From an uncultured Deferribacteres bacterium (lineage in GTDB: Bacteria > Zhuqueibacterota > Zhuqueibacteria > Zhuqueibacterales > Geothermadaptataceae), in the NCBI GenBank assembly GCA_964014485.1, contig CAXHAT010000065.1, positions 1-38,463 on the forward strand: 38,463 nt of DNA. The letters are read 5' to 3'. Every line of letters begins with the position of its first letter. The first letter of the stretch is position 1. The notes below the pieces were generated by a model. The model was not told the origin of the DNA, made no database searches, and worked only from the letters and a program-made list of their open reading frames with translations. The position numbers and the translations under genes were made by a program. Positions 1 through 7,627 of this stretch are shown piece by piece.

Positions 1-486
1 GGTTTTGAGCAATACGCGAAGCAACTCACAATGCTGATCAACGGCATTTATTGGGAGCCGGGACAGCCGCGACTTTTGACCAAGAAATTTTCAAACGACT
101 TGTTCGAACATGAAAAAACGCCGCGATTGCGTGTTGTCGGCGATATTACGAACGATCCCGACGGATCAATCGAATTTAATGTTAAAAGTACCACGGTGCT
201 TGACCCAGTCTACGTTTATGAACCGCTCTCTCGCATCGTTCGCGACGGCTGGGAAGGACACGGCCCGGTGGTTTTGGCGGTCGACAAATTACCGACGGAG
301 CTGCCGCGAGAAGCCAGCGAATTTTTTGGCGATGCGCTCATGCCGTTTGTCCCGAATCTTGCAAATGCGGATTATTCACTCCCATTCGACAAGCTAAACG
401 TTGACCGACGGATGCGGCGCGCCGTGATTGTGCATCAAGGCGCTTTGACTCCGGATTTTGAGTACTTGAAAAAACATCTTTCATAG
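1..486 (+). CDS. Lysine-ketoglutarate reductase / saccharopine dehydrogenase (AASS LKR-like domain), 5' truncated by the window
   Basis: Frame is open from base 1. Motifs LINGIYW..PRLLT, VGDITND.DGSIEF and AVDKLPTELPREASEFFG match the C-terminal half of the LKR domain of alpha-aminoadipic semialdehyde synthase. SDH gene follows 11 nt after the stop. Confidence 0.85.
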   Translation, partial: GFEQYAKQLTMLINGIYWEPGQPRLLTKKFSNDLFEHEKTPRLRVVGDITNDPDGSIEFNVKSTTVLDPVYVYEPLSRIVRDGWEGHGPVVLAVDKLPTELPREASEFFGDALMPFVPNLANADYSLPFDKLNVDRRMRRAVIVHQGALTPDFEYLKKHLS

Positions 487-497
487 AAGGAAAGGAA

Positions 498-1799
498 ATG
501 AAAAAGGCGCTGGTTTTAGGCGCAGGCTTTACTTCAAAGCCGCTGGTCGACTACCTTTTGAAACAAAAAGACGTCGAGGTTACAGTCACGGGACTGACCG
601 TTCGTGAAGCCGAAAAAGTGACGGAAAAACGTCCCGGAAGCGTGGCGGTTGCGCTGGATTTACGCGATAAAAAACACTTCAGCGCACTGGTCGCAGACTC
701 AGACGTGGCGATCAGTTTATTGCCGTATGAATTTCACGTGAAAGCCGCCCAAAAATGCATCGAAGCAAGGCGGCCGCTGGTGACGACTTCGTACGCCAAG
801 GATGAAATCTATCAGTTGGACGCCGAAGCGCGAGCAAACGGCGTTTTGATTTTGAAGGAAATGGGGCTTGATCCTGGAATCGACCACATGTCGGCGATGC
901 GCATTTTTGATCGCATTCGGGAGCGAAGAGGCAAGGTCGTTTCCTTTAAGTCGAGCTGCGGCGGGGTGCCTGCTCCGGAGGCGGACAATAATCCGTTGCA
1001 TTACAAATTTTCCTGGAGTCCGAAGGGCGTGCTGCTTGCCGCAAAAAGCGACGTGCAATTTGTTGAGGACGGGGTCAAAAAGTCCTTTTCCGGTCGGGAC
1101 TTGGAAAAGTGTACCGAGACGCTCGCTTTTGATGGATTTAGCCTCGAGTCTTACCCGAATCGTGATTCCCTGCCTTACCTCGAGTTCTACAAAATCCCCG
1201 AAGCAAAAACGATTCAACGCGCAACCTTGCGTTATCGTGGTTGGAGCGCATTTATGAGCGAGTTAAATCGTCTGGGCTTTCTGGATGAAGGGGGGCGTGA
1301 GTTTGCGGCGGGCGCGTCATGGCGAGAAATCACACAAAGTATTTTGAACCAGTCGCCGAACGGTGCAATTCAGCCGGAAACGCTTAAAAACCTAGAATGG
1401 CTGGGGCTGTTTGATGATGCAAAGAAAATTAAGAGCTCGCTCGAAACCAATCCGATAGATTTCCTGACGCAAGCAATGGTTGAAAAAATGCAGTACGCTC
1501 CGGAAGAGCGCGACATGATTGTGTTGAATCATGAAATTATTGCGGACTACGGCGGTCGGTTAGAAAAAATAACGGCAAGACTAATCGCGTACGGCGAACC
1601 CGGCAAATACTCGGCGATGGCCAAAACCGTAGCCCTGCCCGCCGCCGTCGCTGCGAATAAGATTTTGCGCGGAGAATTCAGCTTGGCTGGCGTGCAAATC
1701 CCGGTTATCCCGCAAATTTACAACCCTGTTCTGGATGAACTCGACGCACTCGGTATCCGATTTGAAGAAAGTACGGAGCAAATTCAGGGTGCGTCTTGA
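498..1799 (+). CDS. Saccharopine dehydrogenase (glutamate-forming, Lys9/AASS SDH-like)
   Basis: Rossmann VLGAG, LVTTSY, EMGLDPGIDH, SSCGGVPAPE..NNPL.YKFSWSP, YPNRDS, TLRY.G, SAMAKTV. RBS AAGGAAAGGA upstream. Confidence 0.93.
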   Translation: MKKALVLGAGFTSKPLVDYLLKQKDVEVTVTGLTVREAEKVTEKRPGSVAVALDLRDKKHFSALVADSDVAISLLPYEFHVKAAQKCIEARRPLVTTSYAKDEIYQLDAEARANGVLILKEMGLDPGIDHMSAMRIFDRIRERRGKVVSFKSSCGGVPAPEADNNPLHYKFSWSPKGVLLAAKSDVQFVEDGVKKSFSGRDLEKCTETLAFDGFSLESYPNRDSLPYLEFYKIPEAKTIQRATLRYRGWSAFMSELNRLGFLDEGGREFAAGASWREITQSILNQSPNGAIQPETLKNLEWLGLFDDAKKIKSSLETNPIDFLTQAMVEKMQYAPEERDMIVLNHEIIADYGGRLEKITARLIAYGEPGKYSAMAKTVALPAAVAANKILRGEFSLAGVQIPVIPQIYNPVLDELDALGIRFEESTEQIQGAS

Positions 1800-2151
1800 A
1801 AACGTATTTTCTCCCCGAATCGGCTATGCTTTAGCCGTCACGGGATTGCCCGCCTTTCTGTGGTCTGCTTACGAAATGTATTTTTTGACGCCGAAAGCAG
1901 GCCCGCAACTGCTTGTTTTTTCTTCCCTCAAAACTTTAAACCCACTCATCGCGGGACTCTGGATTATTTCCATGAGCGCCTTTCTACTGACGGGCGTATT
2001 GGCGCTTGTTTCATTGGCGCTTTTCCGGGCGCAAAAATTGGATTTCAGTCCGGGTTATCTGAAATTTCTCGTGAATGCGTTACAGATCACAGGCGTTCAT
2101 ATTTTTCTCTTTCTACTGTATTATGAGTGGGCGAATTTGCTTTTTGGATAA
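1789..2151 (+). CDS. Hypothetical membrane protein (about 3 hydrophobic segments)
   Basis: ORF 1735..2151. An in-frame GTG at 1789 overlaps the SDH stop region and is my chosen start. Hydrophobic stretches, no recognised motif. Confidence 0.6.
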   Translation: MRLENVFSPRIGYALAVTGLPAFLWSAYEMYFLTPKAGPQLLVFSSLKTLNPLIAGLWIISMSAFLLTGVLALVSLALFRAQKLDFSPGYLKFLVNALQITGVHIFLFLLYYEWANLLFG

Positions 2152-4536
2152 CTAATCCTGTCGCAGTGAATCTATTGGATTTGCAAGCGCCGCCTTGATC
2201 GACTGGTAGCTGATTGTGAACCAAGCCAGCAGAATCGCTCCCAAGCCGGCGGCTATAAAAATGTCAGCCGAGATTGCCGTGCGGTAGGCGAAGTTTTGAA
2301 AATAAGCGTGCATGGCATACCCCGCGAGCGGCGCAGCCAGGACGAAAGAAACAGCGATCATTTTCGAGAAATCGCGTGAAAGCAGAAACACGATTCCAGA
2401 GACTGATGCGCCCAGGACGCGACGAACGCCAAATTCCTTCGATCTTTGTTGCGCGCTGAAAGCTGATAAACCAAGAAGACCAAGACAGGCGATAAAAATT
2501 GTAAGCACGGTAAACGACATGGTCATGCTTGCGATAACTTCTTCAAAATCATATTCTAACGCGAGATCGACGGCAAGCACGTAGTGAATGGGTCGTCTAG
2601 TCGGATCAATGGCGCTCCACTTTTCTTTGACGAACGTTTCCGTACCTTCCAAATCTTTTGCTTCTGCGCGAATGAGATAGCGATAAAGTCGATCTGGGGT
2701 ATAATGCAAAATAGCCGGACGAATCGGGTTGTGCAATGACTCGAAATGAAAATCGCGCACCACGCCGATGACGCGCCGTCGTTCTTCCTTACCTTCAATC
2801 CTGTTTAACCACCGTATTTCCTGACCGATCGGATCGTCCCAGCCAAATTGCTTGACCGCCGTTTCGTTCACAATCAAGCTCTCGGTGGAATCCGAAGCGA
2901 TATTCGCTGAAAAATTTCTTCCGGCAATAAGTTCCAATTCCATGGTTGCGACATAGTCCGGGTCGATGGCAATATTCGGCAGCATCATGCCGTCGGTTTC
3001 CGAACTGCCTGCCGGGATAAATCGGCCGTAGGCATAACCGTCGCCGGGTTCATGCGAAGACTGCGTTACCAGGCGAATGCGCGGGTGCTGCAAAAGCTCG
3101 TGTTTTACCGCCGCTTGGCGGTCGCGGTTATTGTCGCGCGGCGCAATGAAAGAAAGCACGTTATCTTTGTTGAACCCCAAGTCCTTGTTTTTCATAAAAT
3201 TGATTTGCTTGAAGAAAAACAAGTTCGCGATAATCATGAACAGAGCGAAAGTAAATTGGGCAATCACAAGCACGCGTCGCAACTTGCCGCCGCGTGTACT
3301 TTTGGATTCTGAGCTTTTTAAAACGGCGGCCGGCACGAAGCCGGACAGGACGAATGCAGGATAGCTTCCAGCCAATCCGCCAACGAGAAGGGTTATGCCG
3401 ATAAGCGCGGCAAGGTAGGGGAAATTTTGTATGTAATTGACCTCGATGCTGCGGGGCGCAATGGCTGCAAACGCCGGAAGCGCTAACTCGACGAATATGA
3501 TGGCGAAAAAGAGCGCGATGAAAGCGACGAGTATGGTTTCAGCCAGAAATTGACGCACGAGCTGTGTTCGAAATGCGCCCATCACTTTTCGCAAGCCGAC
3601 TTCTCGAGCGCGCTGGACGGATTTGGCTGTTGCCAGGTTCATAAAATTGATACAGGCGATGACCAAAATAAATACTGCAATCGATGCAAAAACAAACAAA
3701 TAGATCAAGTCCATATTATCAATTGGATCATTGGAAAGATCAGAAAAATGCATTGTCGCAAAGCTCTGTAAAACAGGTCGGTAGCGCTCCTGATACTCCG
3801 GCTCGATGTATGATTTGATAAATTCAGGCAAGCGCGCGTCCAAGGCTTCCGGATCAGCGTTAGGCTTGAGTAGAAAATAAGTTTGCGACCAGTGAGAACG
3901 CCAGTCCGAAACAACCTGAGGACGGGTATTTTCCAATGAATTGAACGATGCGAGAATAGTGAAGCGATAAGATGAATTGTCGGGCAAATCGGCTATTACG
4001 CCCGTGACGACAAAACTGTACTCATTGTCAAGCGTCAGCGTTTTGCCGATGGGGTTCTCATCGCCGAAGTATTTGAATGCCGCCGCTTCGGCCAAAACCA
4101 GCGAATTGGGTTGGCGCAAAACGGTTTTGGGGTCGCCTTGCAGCAACTGATATGAAAAGATTTGAAAGATTGATGAATCGGCGTAAACGACGCCCTCGTT
4201 GATCGTGTTGTCATTGTGACGAATAGAATGCCCGATCCGCACCATGCGTGCGAAATCCTCAATTTCCGGGTAATCTTTTGCAAGAGTCGGAGCCCAGGGA
4301 ATCGGCACGTTTGCCGCCTGTACTTGTTCACCTGACGCGACGCGGACAAAATCCGTCAGGCGATAAATTCGATCAATATTTTTGTGATATTGATCGAAGC
4401 CAAACTCATGCTGTGTGATGACGAAAATGAAAAGACAACTGGCCATGCCAATGGACAAGCCAAGCGCATTGATAAGCGTATAAATGAGATTCTTACGTAA
4501 ATTACGGAATGCGATGGTGATGTAATTTCTCAGCAT
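2152..4536 (-). CDS. ABC transporter permease, MacB/FtsX family (duplicated MacB_PCD + FtsX)
   Basis: MLRNYITIAFRNL start, IACINFMNLATAKS..RAREVGLRKVMGA, IGVVRDFHFESLH, C-terminal KAALANPIDSLR. No cognate ATPase gene in the window. Confidence 0.93.
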   Translation of the reverse strand: MLRNYITIAFRNLRKNLIYTLINALGLSIGMASCLFIFVITQHEFGFDQYHKNIDRIYRLTDFVRVASGEQVQAANVPIPWAPTLAKDYPEIEDFARMVRIGHSIRHNDNTINEGVVYADSSIFQIFSYQLLQGDPKTVLRQPNSLVLAEAAAFKYFGDENPIGKTLTLDNEYSFVVTGVIADLPDNSSYRFTILASFNSLENTRPQVVSDWRSHWSQTYFLLKPNADPEALDARLPEFIKSYIEPEYQERYRPVLQSFATMHFSDLSNDPIDNMDLIYLFVFASIAVFILVIACINFMNLATAKSVQRAREVGLRKVMGAFRTQLVRQFLAETILVAFIALFFAIIFVELALPAFAAIAPRSIEVNYIQNFPYLAALIGITLLVGGLAGSYPAFVLSGFVPAAVLKSSESKSTRGGKLRRVLVIAQFTFALFMIIANLFFFKQINFMKNKDLGFNKDNVLSFIAPRDNNRDRQAAVKHELLQHPRIRLVTQSSHEPGDGYAYGRFIPAGSSETDGMMLPNIAIDPDYVATMELELIAGRNFSANIASDSTESLIVNETAVKQFGWDDPIGQEIRWLNRIEGKEERRRVIGVVRDFHFESLHNPIRPAILHYTPDRLYRYLIRAEAKDLEGTETFVKEKWSAIDPTRRPIHYVLAVDLALEYDFEEVIASMTMSFTVLTIFIACLGLLGLSAFSAQQRSKEFGVRRVLGASVSGIVFLLSRDFSKMIAVSFVLAAPLAGYAMHAYFQNFAYRTAISADIFIAAGLGAILLAWFTISYQSIKAALANPIDSLRQD

Positions 4537-4707
4537 TTGGGGACCTTGGGTTGGTTCATTCTATCCCTGGATTTGGCGGACGAAACGCCGTGCCGCGGCT
4601 GCAATAGGACAAAAGACTGCTGAGACTGAAAAAAGTTACACCTTTCGGAAAATGTGGAGACAAGACGTGTGGCTTGCGTGAAGCAGGAGGATAAATGCGG
4701 GAAGCGT

Positions 4708-5925
4708 TTAAAAATAGATGCGAATACGAGCGAAGCCGCCCGCTCCAAACTCGCCGTACTCAGAAGATTCCGGGCCGAAGGGAATATACCCGACGAATAG
4801 AATTTCTGCGTTGTCGTCGAAATTCCAGGTGATCCAGGGAAATGCCAGGCCGCTGTGGTCGTCAAAATTATAGATCGCGAAATTCGCCCAAGTCCAGAGT
4901 TCCGCGATTGGGTAGGATTGGCCGACAAAGACGTAGTTGCGGCCAAGATTTTCTCCATTCTCGTTCAGCAAACGCAGCCAGTCAGTCAGCGAGTAGTCTT
5001 CTTTCCGAGATTTCCCCAAACCGTTGCGATAATATTCGCTGACCAAGTATAAACCGCTATTGAACGTGTAGTCTGCGCCGACTAAATATTGCCCGAAATT
5101 GTCTGCGTTTGCCAGGCTATTGTAGGCGCCTTCACCCCAAACGCCCAATCCGAGAAGTTCGCCGGAAAAGTCAAAACCATACATTCTGCGCTTGATTAGT
5201 TTTTCCGAAAATGAAGCCAGATCAAGAAGTGATTGCTGTTTTTCGATGAAGCTCACGGATAGATCGTACCCCTTGAGATGATGTTTCATCTTCAGTCCTT
5301 TGGTCGAACTTGTCAAGCTGTCGCCAATGCCGAGTACAGCGGTGAATTGCGCCTGCCCGCCAAATGGAATCTCAAGCTTGAGCGCGTTGACGCCGGTTTT
5401 TTCATAGGCCGGATCAAGCAAATTCTTGTCATGGAATTGATCCGTCGGGTTCCAACTATAGCCCGTACCCCAGGGCAATTGCTGCTTGCCGACGCGGAAG
5501 TTGAAGTGATCTCCGTAAAATGAGACGTAGGCGTTGTCCAGGAAGCTTTCATCCTCAAAGGAAAAATCCAATTCCGGGAGCAGGGCGCTCATCGGAATTC
5601 CGGCAGATTCCAGAAAAGGCGCAACGACGCTTTCTGGAATAAAATCAAGCGCGTTGAATTGCGTGGCGCCGTGAAAAACGCGAATATTGTAATTTCCGTG
5701 GAAGGTGAGATTGTCGTTGATTTCTGATGAAAAATCAAAGCGCACTTTGTTATACTCTTGCCAGCGCAGCTTTCCGCCGATTTGCTGCGGCGTCAATTGA
5801 TTCTCGAAATATCCCGTTACCGAGAGAGATTGCGCACTAACGAACCCGAACATTCCAGCATCAAAAACTAAAAGAGCAATGGTGATTGCGCGCAAAAATT
5901 TGAGATTCACAGAATCACTTTGCAT
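4708..5925 (-). CDS. Putative outer-membrane beta-barrel protein of the MMPL/LolA-like operon
   Basis: Signal peptide ending VSA-Q, LDNAYV..FRVGKQQLPWG.G.WNPTD motif, alternating aromatic strands, C-terminal RIYF (terminal Phe). Confidence 0.75.
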   Translation of the reverse strand: MQSDSVNLKFLRAITIALLVFDAGMFGFVSAQSLSVTGYFENQLTPQQIGGKLRWQEYNKVRFDFSSEINDNLTFHGNYNIRVFHGATQFNALDFIPESVVAPFLESAGIPMSALLPELDFSFEDESFLDNAYVSFYGDHFNFRVGKQQLPWGTGYSWNPTDQFHDKNLLDPAYEKTGVNALKLEIPFGGQAQFTAVLGIGDSLTSSTKGLKMKHHLKGYDLSVSFIEKQQSLLDLASFSEKLIKRRMYGFDFSGELLGLGVWGEGAYNSLANADNFGQYLVGADYTFNSGLYLVSEYYRNGLGKSRKEDYSLTDWLRLLNENGENLGRNYVFVGQSYPIAELWTWANFAIYNFDDHSGLAFPWITWNFDDNAEILFVGYIPFGPESSEYGEFGAGGFARIRIYF

Positions 5926-5996
5926 GACTCATTTTCTCGGTAAACGAGATTTGAACTTTTACAACCGGGTTAATTAAAGATCGGCGTATCGATGTA

Positions 5997-6395
5997 CTAG
6001 TTTCGGTCGTCAAGGTGTTTTCTGATTTTCTGAATCATAGGATTGGCGTCAGCTAAACCATTACGCACATCTTCGAGATCAATGCTTGCCGGAGACATAA
6101 GGGGATAGCGCTCAATAAAATAGAAAGCTGTGACCTTCTGAGTAACGGCGCGAAACGACTCGAAAGAGTTGTCATAAAAAATTGCATCATTCAGAAGCGA
6201 TTCTAAATCATGAATCCGCCGCAAACGCCAACCTTTCTTTAAAAGAAAAGCCTTGAGAAACTTTTCAAGCGCTTGTTGGAGATAGAATCCGGCGGCTTCA
6301 ACATCTTCAGCTTGTAAAAGGAAATGCGCTCTGCCAAAATCTTTTTCTGCGATGCGCCGCCAATCTTCCCAGTATTGCGAGTCTTTAGGCTTCAT
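5997..6395 (-). CDS. HEPN domain protein (MNT-HEPN pair 1)
   Basis: W...AEKD, FYLQQALEKFLKA, RRIHDL, ERYP motifs. Start overlaps the MNT stop by 11 nt. Confidence 0.9.
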   Translation of the reverse strand: MKPKDSQYWEDWRRIAEKDFGRAHFLLQAEDVEAAGFYLQQALEKFLKAFLLKKGWRLRRIHDLESLLNDAIFYDNSFESFRAVTQKVTAFYFIERYPLMSPASIDLEDVRNGLADANPMIQKIRKHLDDRN

Positions 6396-6720
6396 ACAAT
6401 ACTGCGCCTTTTGTTAGAATTTCTTCGATAAACTGATCTCCAGACTTGACCTTTTTAGCAAGCTCTTCCGGCGTCAAAACAAGCACTTCTAAAGGAATGC
6501 GCCGTGTTGCATCGGATAATATTTGGCGGACAGCGACCCAGCGGTCTAAGAATCTTTCCGAGGTCTCTTTAATAATAAGCAAGTCTAAATCACTATCAGC
6601 GTCCGGCTTGCCGTATGCGAAAGAACCAAACAAAATGATTTTTTCCGGTTGGTAGTGTTCGCAAATTTGTTGTGTAACTTTCTCGATGGTTTTCGAATGT
6701 TCAGCTTGCATCATGACCAA
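6385..6720 (-). CDS. Minimal nucleotidyltransferase (MNT), pair 1
   Basis: IILFGSFAYG...DSDLDLLII (GS-x10-DxD) and C-terminal G.VLYE. The start may be the ATG at 6714 or 6711. Confidence 0.9.
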   Translation of the reverse strand: MVMMQAEHSKTIEKVTQQICEHYQPEKIILFGSFAYGKPDADSDLDLLIIKETSERFLDRWVAVRQILSDATRRIPLEVLVLTPEELAKKVKSGDQFIEEILTKGAVLYEA

Positions 6721-6809
6721 ATCTGTTGAATAGTCTTCACTGCCTGAATGAATCCTAAAAATCCCGCTACAGAAAAAGCGTCAGATAGAATGTGAATAGC
6801 AACGTCTTG

Positions 6810-6839
6810 CAAAGATAGAACTTACCGTAGTAACTCAAA
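6810..6839 (-). promoter_or_regulatory. Candidate internal promoter for MNT-HEPN pair 1 (TTTG-N18-TATCTTTG)
   Basis: Resembles the Bacteroidota-type TTTG / TAnnTTTG promoter. It lies in the 154-nt gap upstream of the MNT gene. Confidence 0.35.
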
Positions 6840-6874
6840 CGAAAATCTTTGATGACGTATTTTCAGCGCCGAAA

Positions 6875-7627
6875 TCATCGGCGCTTGAGCGCATTGGTGG
6901 AAAATATTTTATCATCCAGCGCAACGTCGAATTTAATCTTGAGCGTTTCGAGCGTGGTTTCTCCACCGTCCTGCAGGTTGGTCATCGTCATTTTCATGGG
7001 CGTCCATCGGCCGTCGATGTTTTGAATATCAGTCATGATGAGGCGCTTCAAAAGCTCGTCGTTTTCATAATAGTCGACGCGCTTTGTTACAAACTTGTCC
7101 TTTACCGCCCATAAAGTAAGTTTGGAATAGTGCGGTCCGCTCTCTGTTGGAATAAGTTCGAATTTATAGCATTTCACGCCCTCAACTTCCTCGTCTTCAA
7201 ACTGTTGATAGTCGTAATCTTCTTCGAGAGAGCCGCCGGCCATGTCCTCATAGGAAAAGTCGCTTCCTTGCACTTTTTGGCGTTTTGCATGGCTGGCGAG
7301 ATGCCGGACGCGGTCAGTTTTGGGCGTATAAAACCAAATGTCGTCGCCGTCGTTAAGCATGAGGATTTTATCGCCTTTTATCCTCGCCGGGCTGGTGTAA
7401 ACGCTAAGCTGCTTTTCATTTTTATTCTTGCTGTAACCGCGCATTTGAAGCGTACGCTTTTTGCCGCTGGAGGTCAAGATGGTTTGTTGCATCTCGAACT
7501 CGCTCGAGGAAACGCGTTCCGTCTCATCAATTTTGCGGATAATTTGCTCGGGCGTCAGTTGCTGCGCAGACACTGAAGCAGCGAACAACAAAATGAATAG
7601 TAATTTGCGAATCATTTTATGCTCCAT
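6875..7627 (-). CDS. LolA-like outer membrane lipoprotein-sorting family protein
   Basis: Signal peptide (SVSA-QQ), F/Y..PA.IKG..L, DDIWFY.P...RVR, GSDFSYED, C-terminal DD.IFS...LKR. Start abuts the MMPL stop. Confidence 0.88.
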   Translation of the reverse strand: MEHKMIRKLLFILLFAASVSAQQLTPEQIIRKIDETERVSSSEFEMQQTILTSSGKKRTLQMRGYSKNKNEKQLSVYTSPARIKGDKILMLNDGDDIWFYTPKTDRVRHLASHAKRQKVQGSDFSYEDMAGGSLEEDYDYQQFEDEEVEGVKCYKFELIPTESGPHYSKLTLWAVKDKFVTKRVDYYENDELLKRLIMTDIQNIDGRWTPMKMTMTNLQDGGETTLETLKIKFDVALDDKIFSTNALKRR

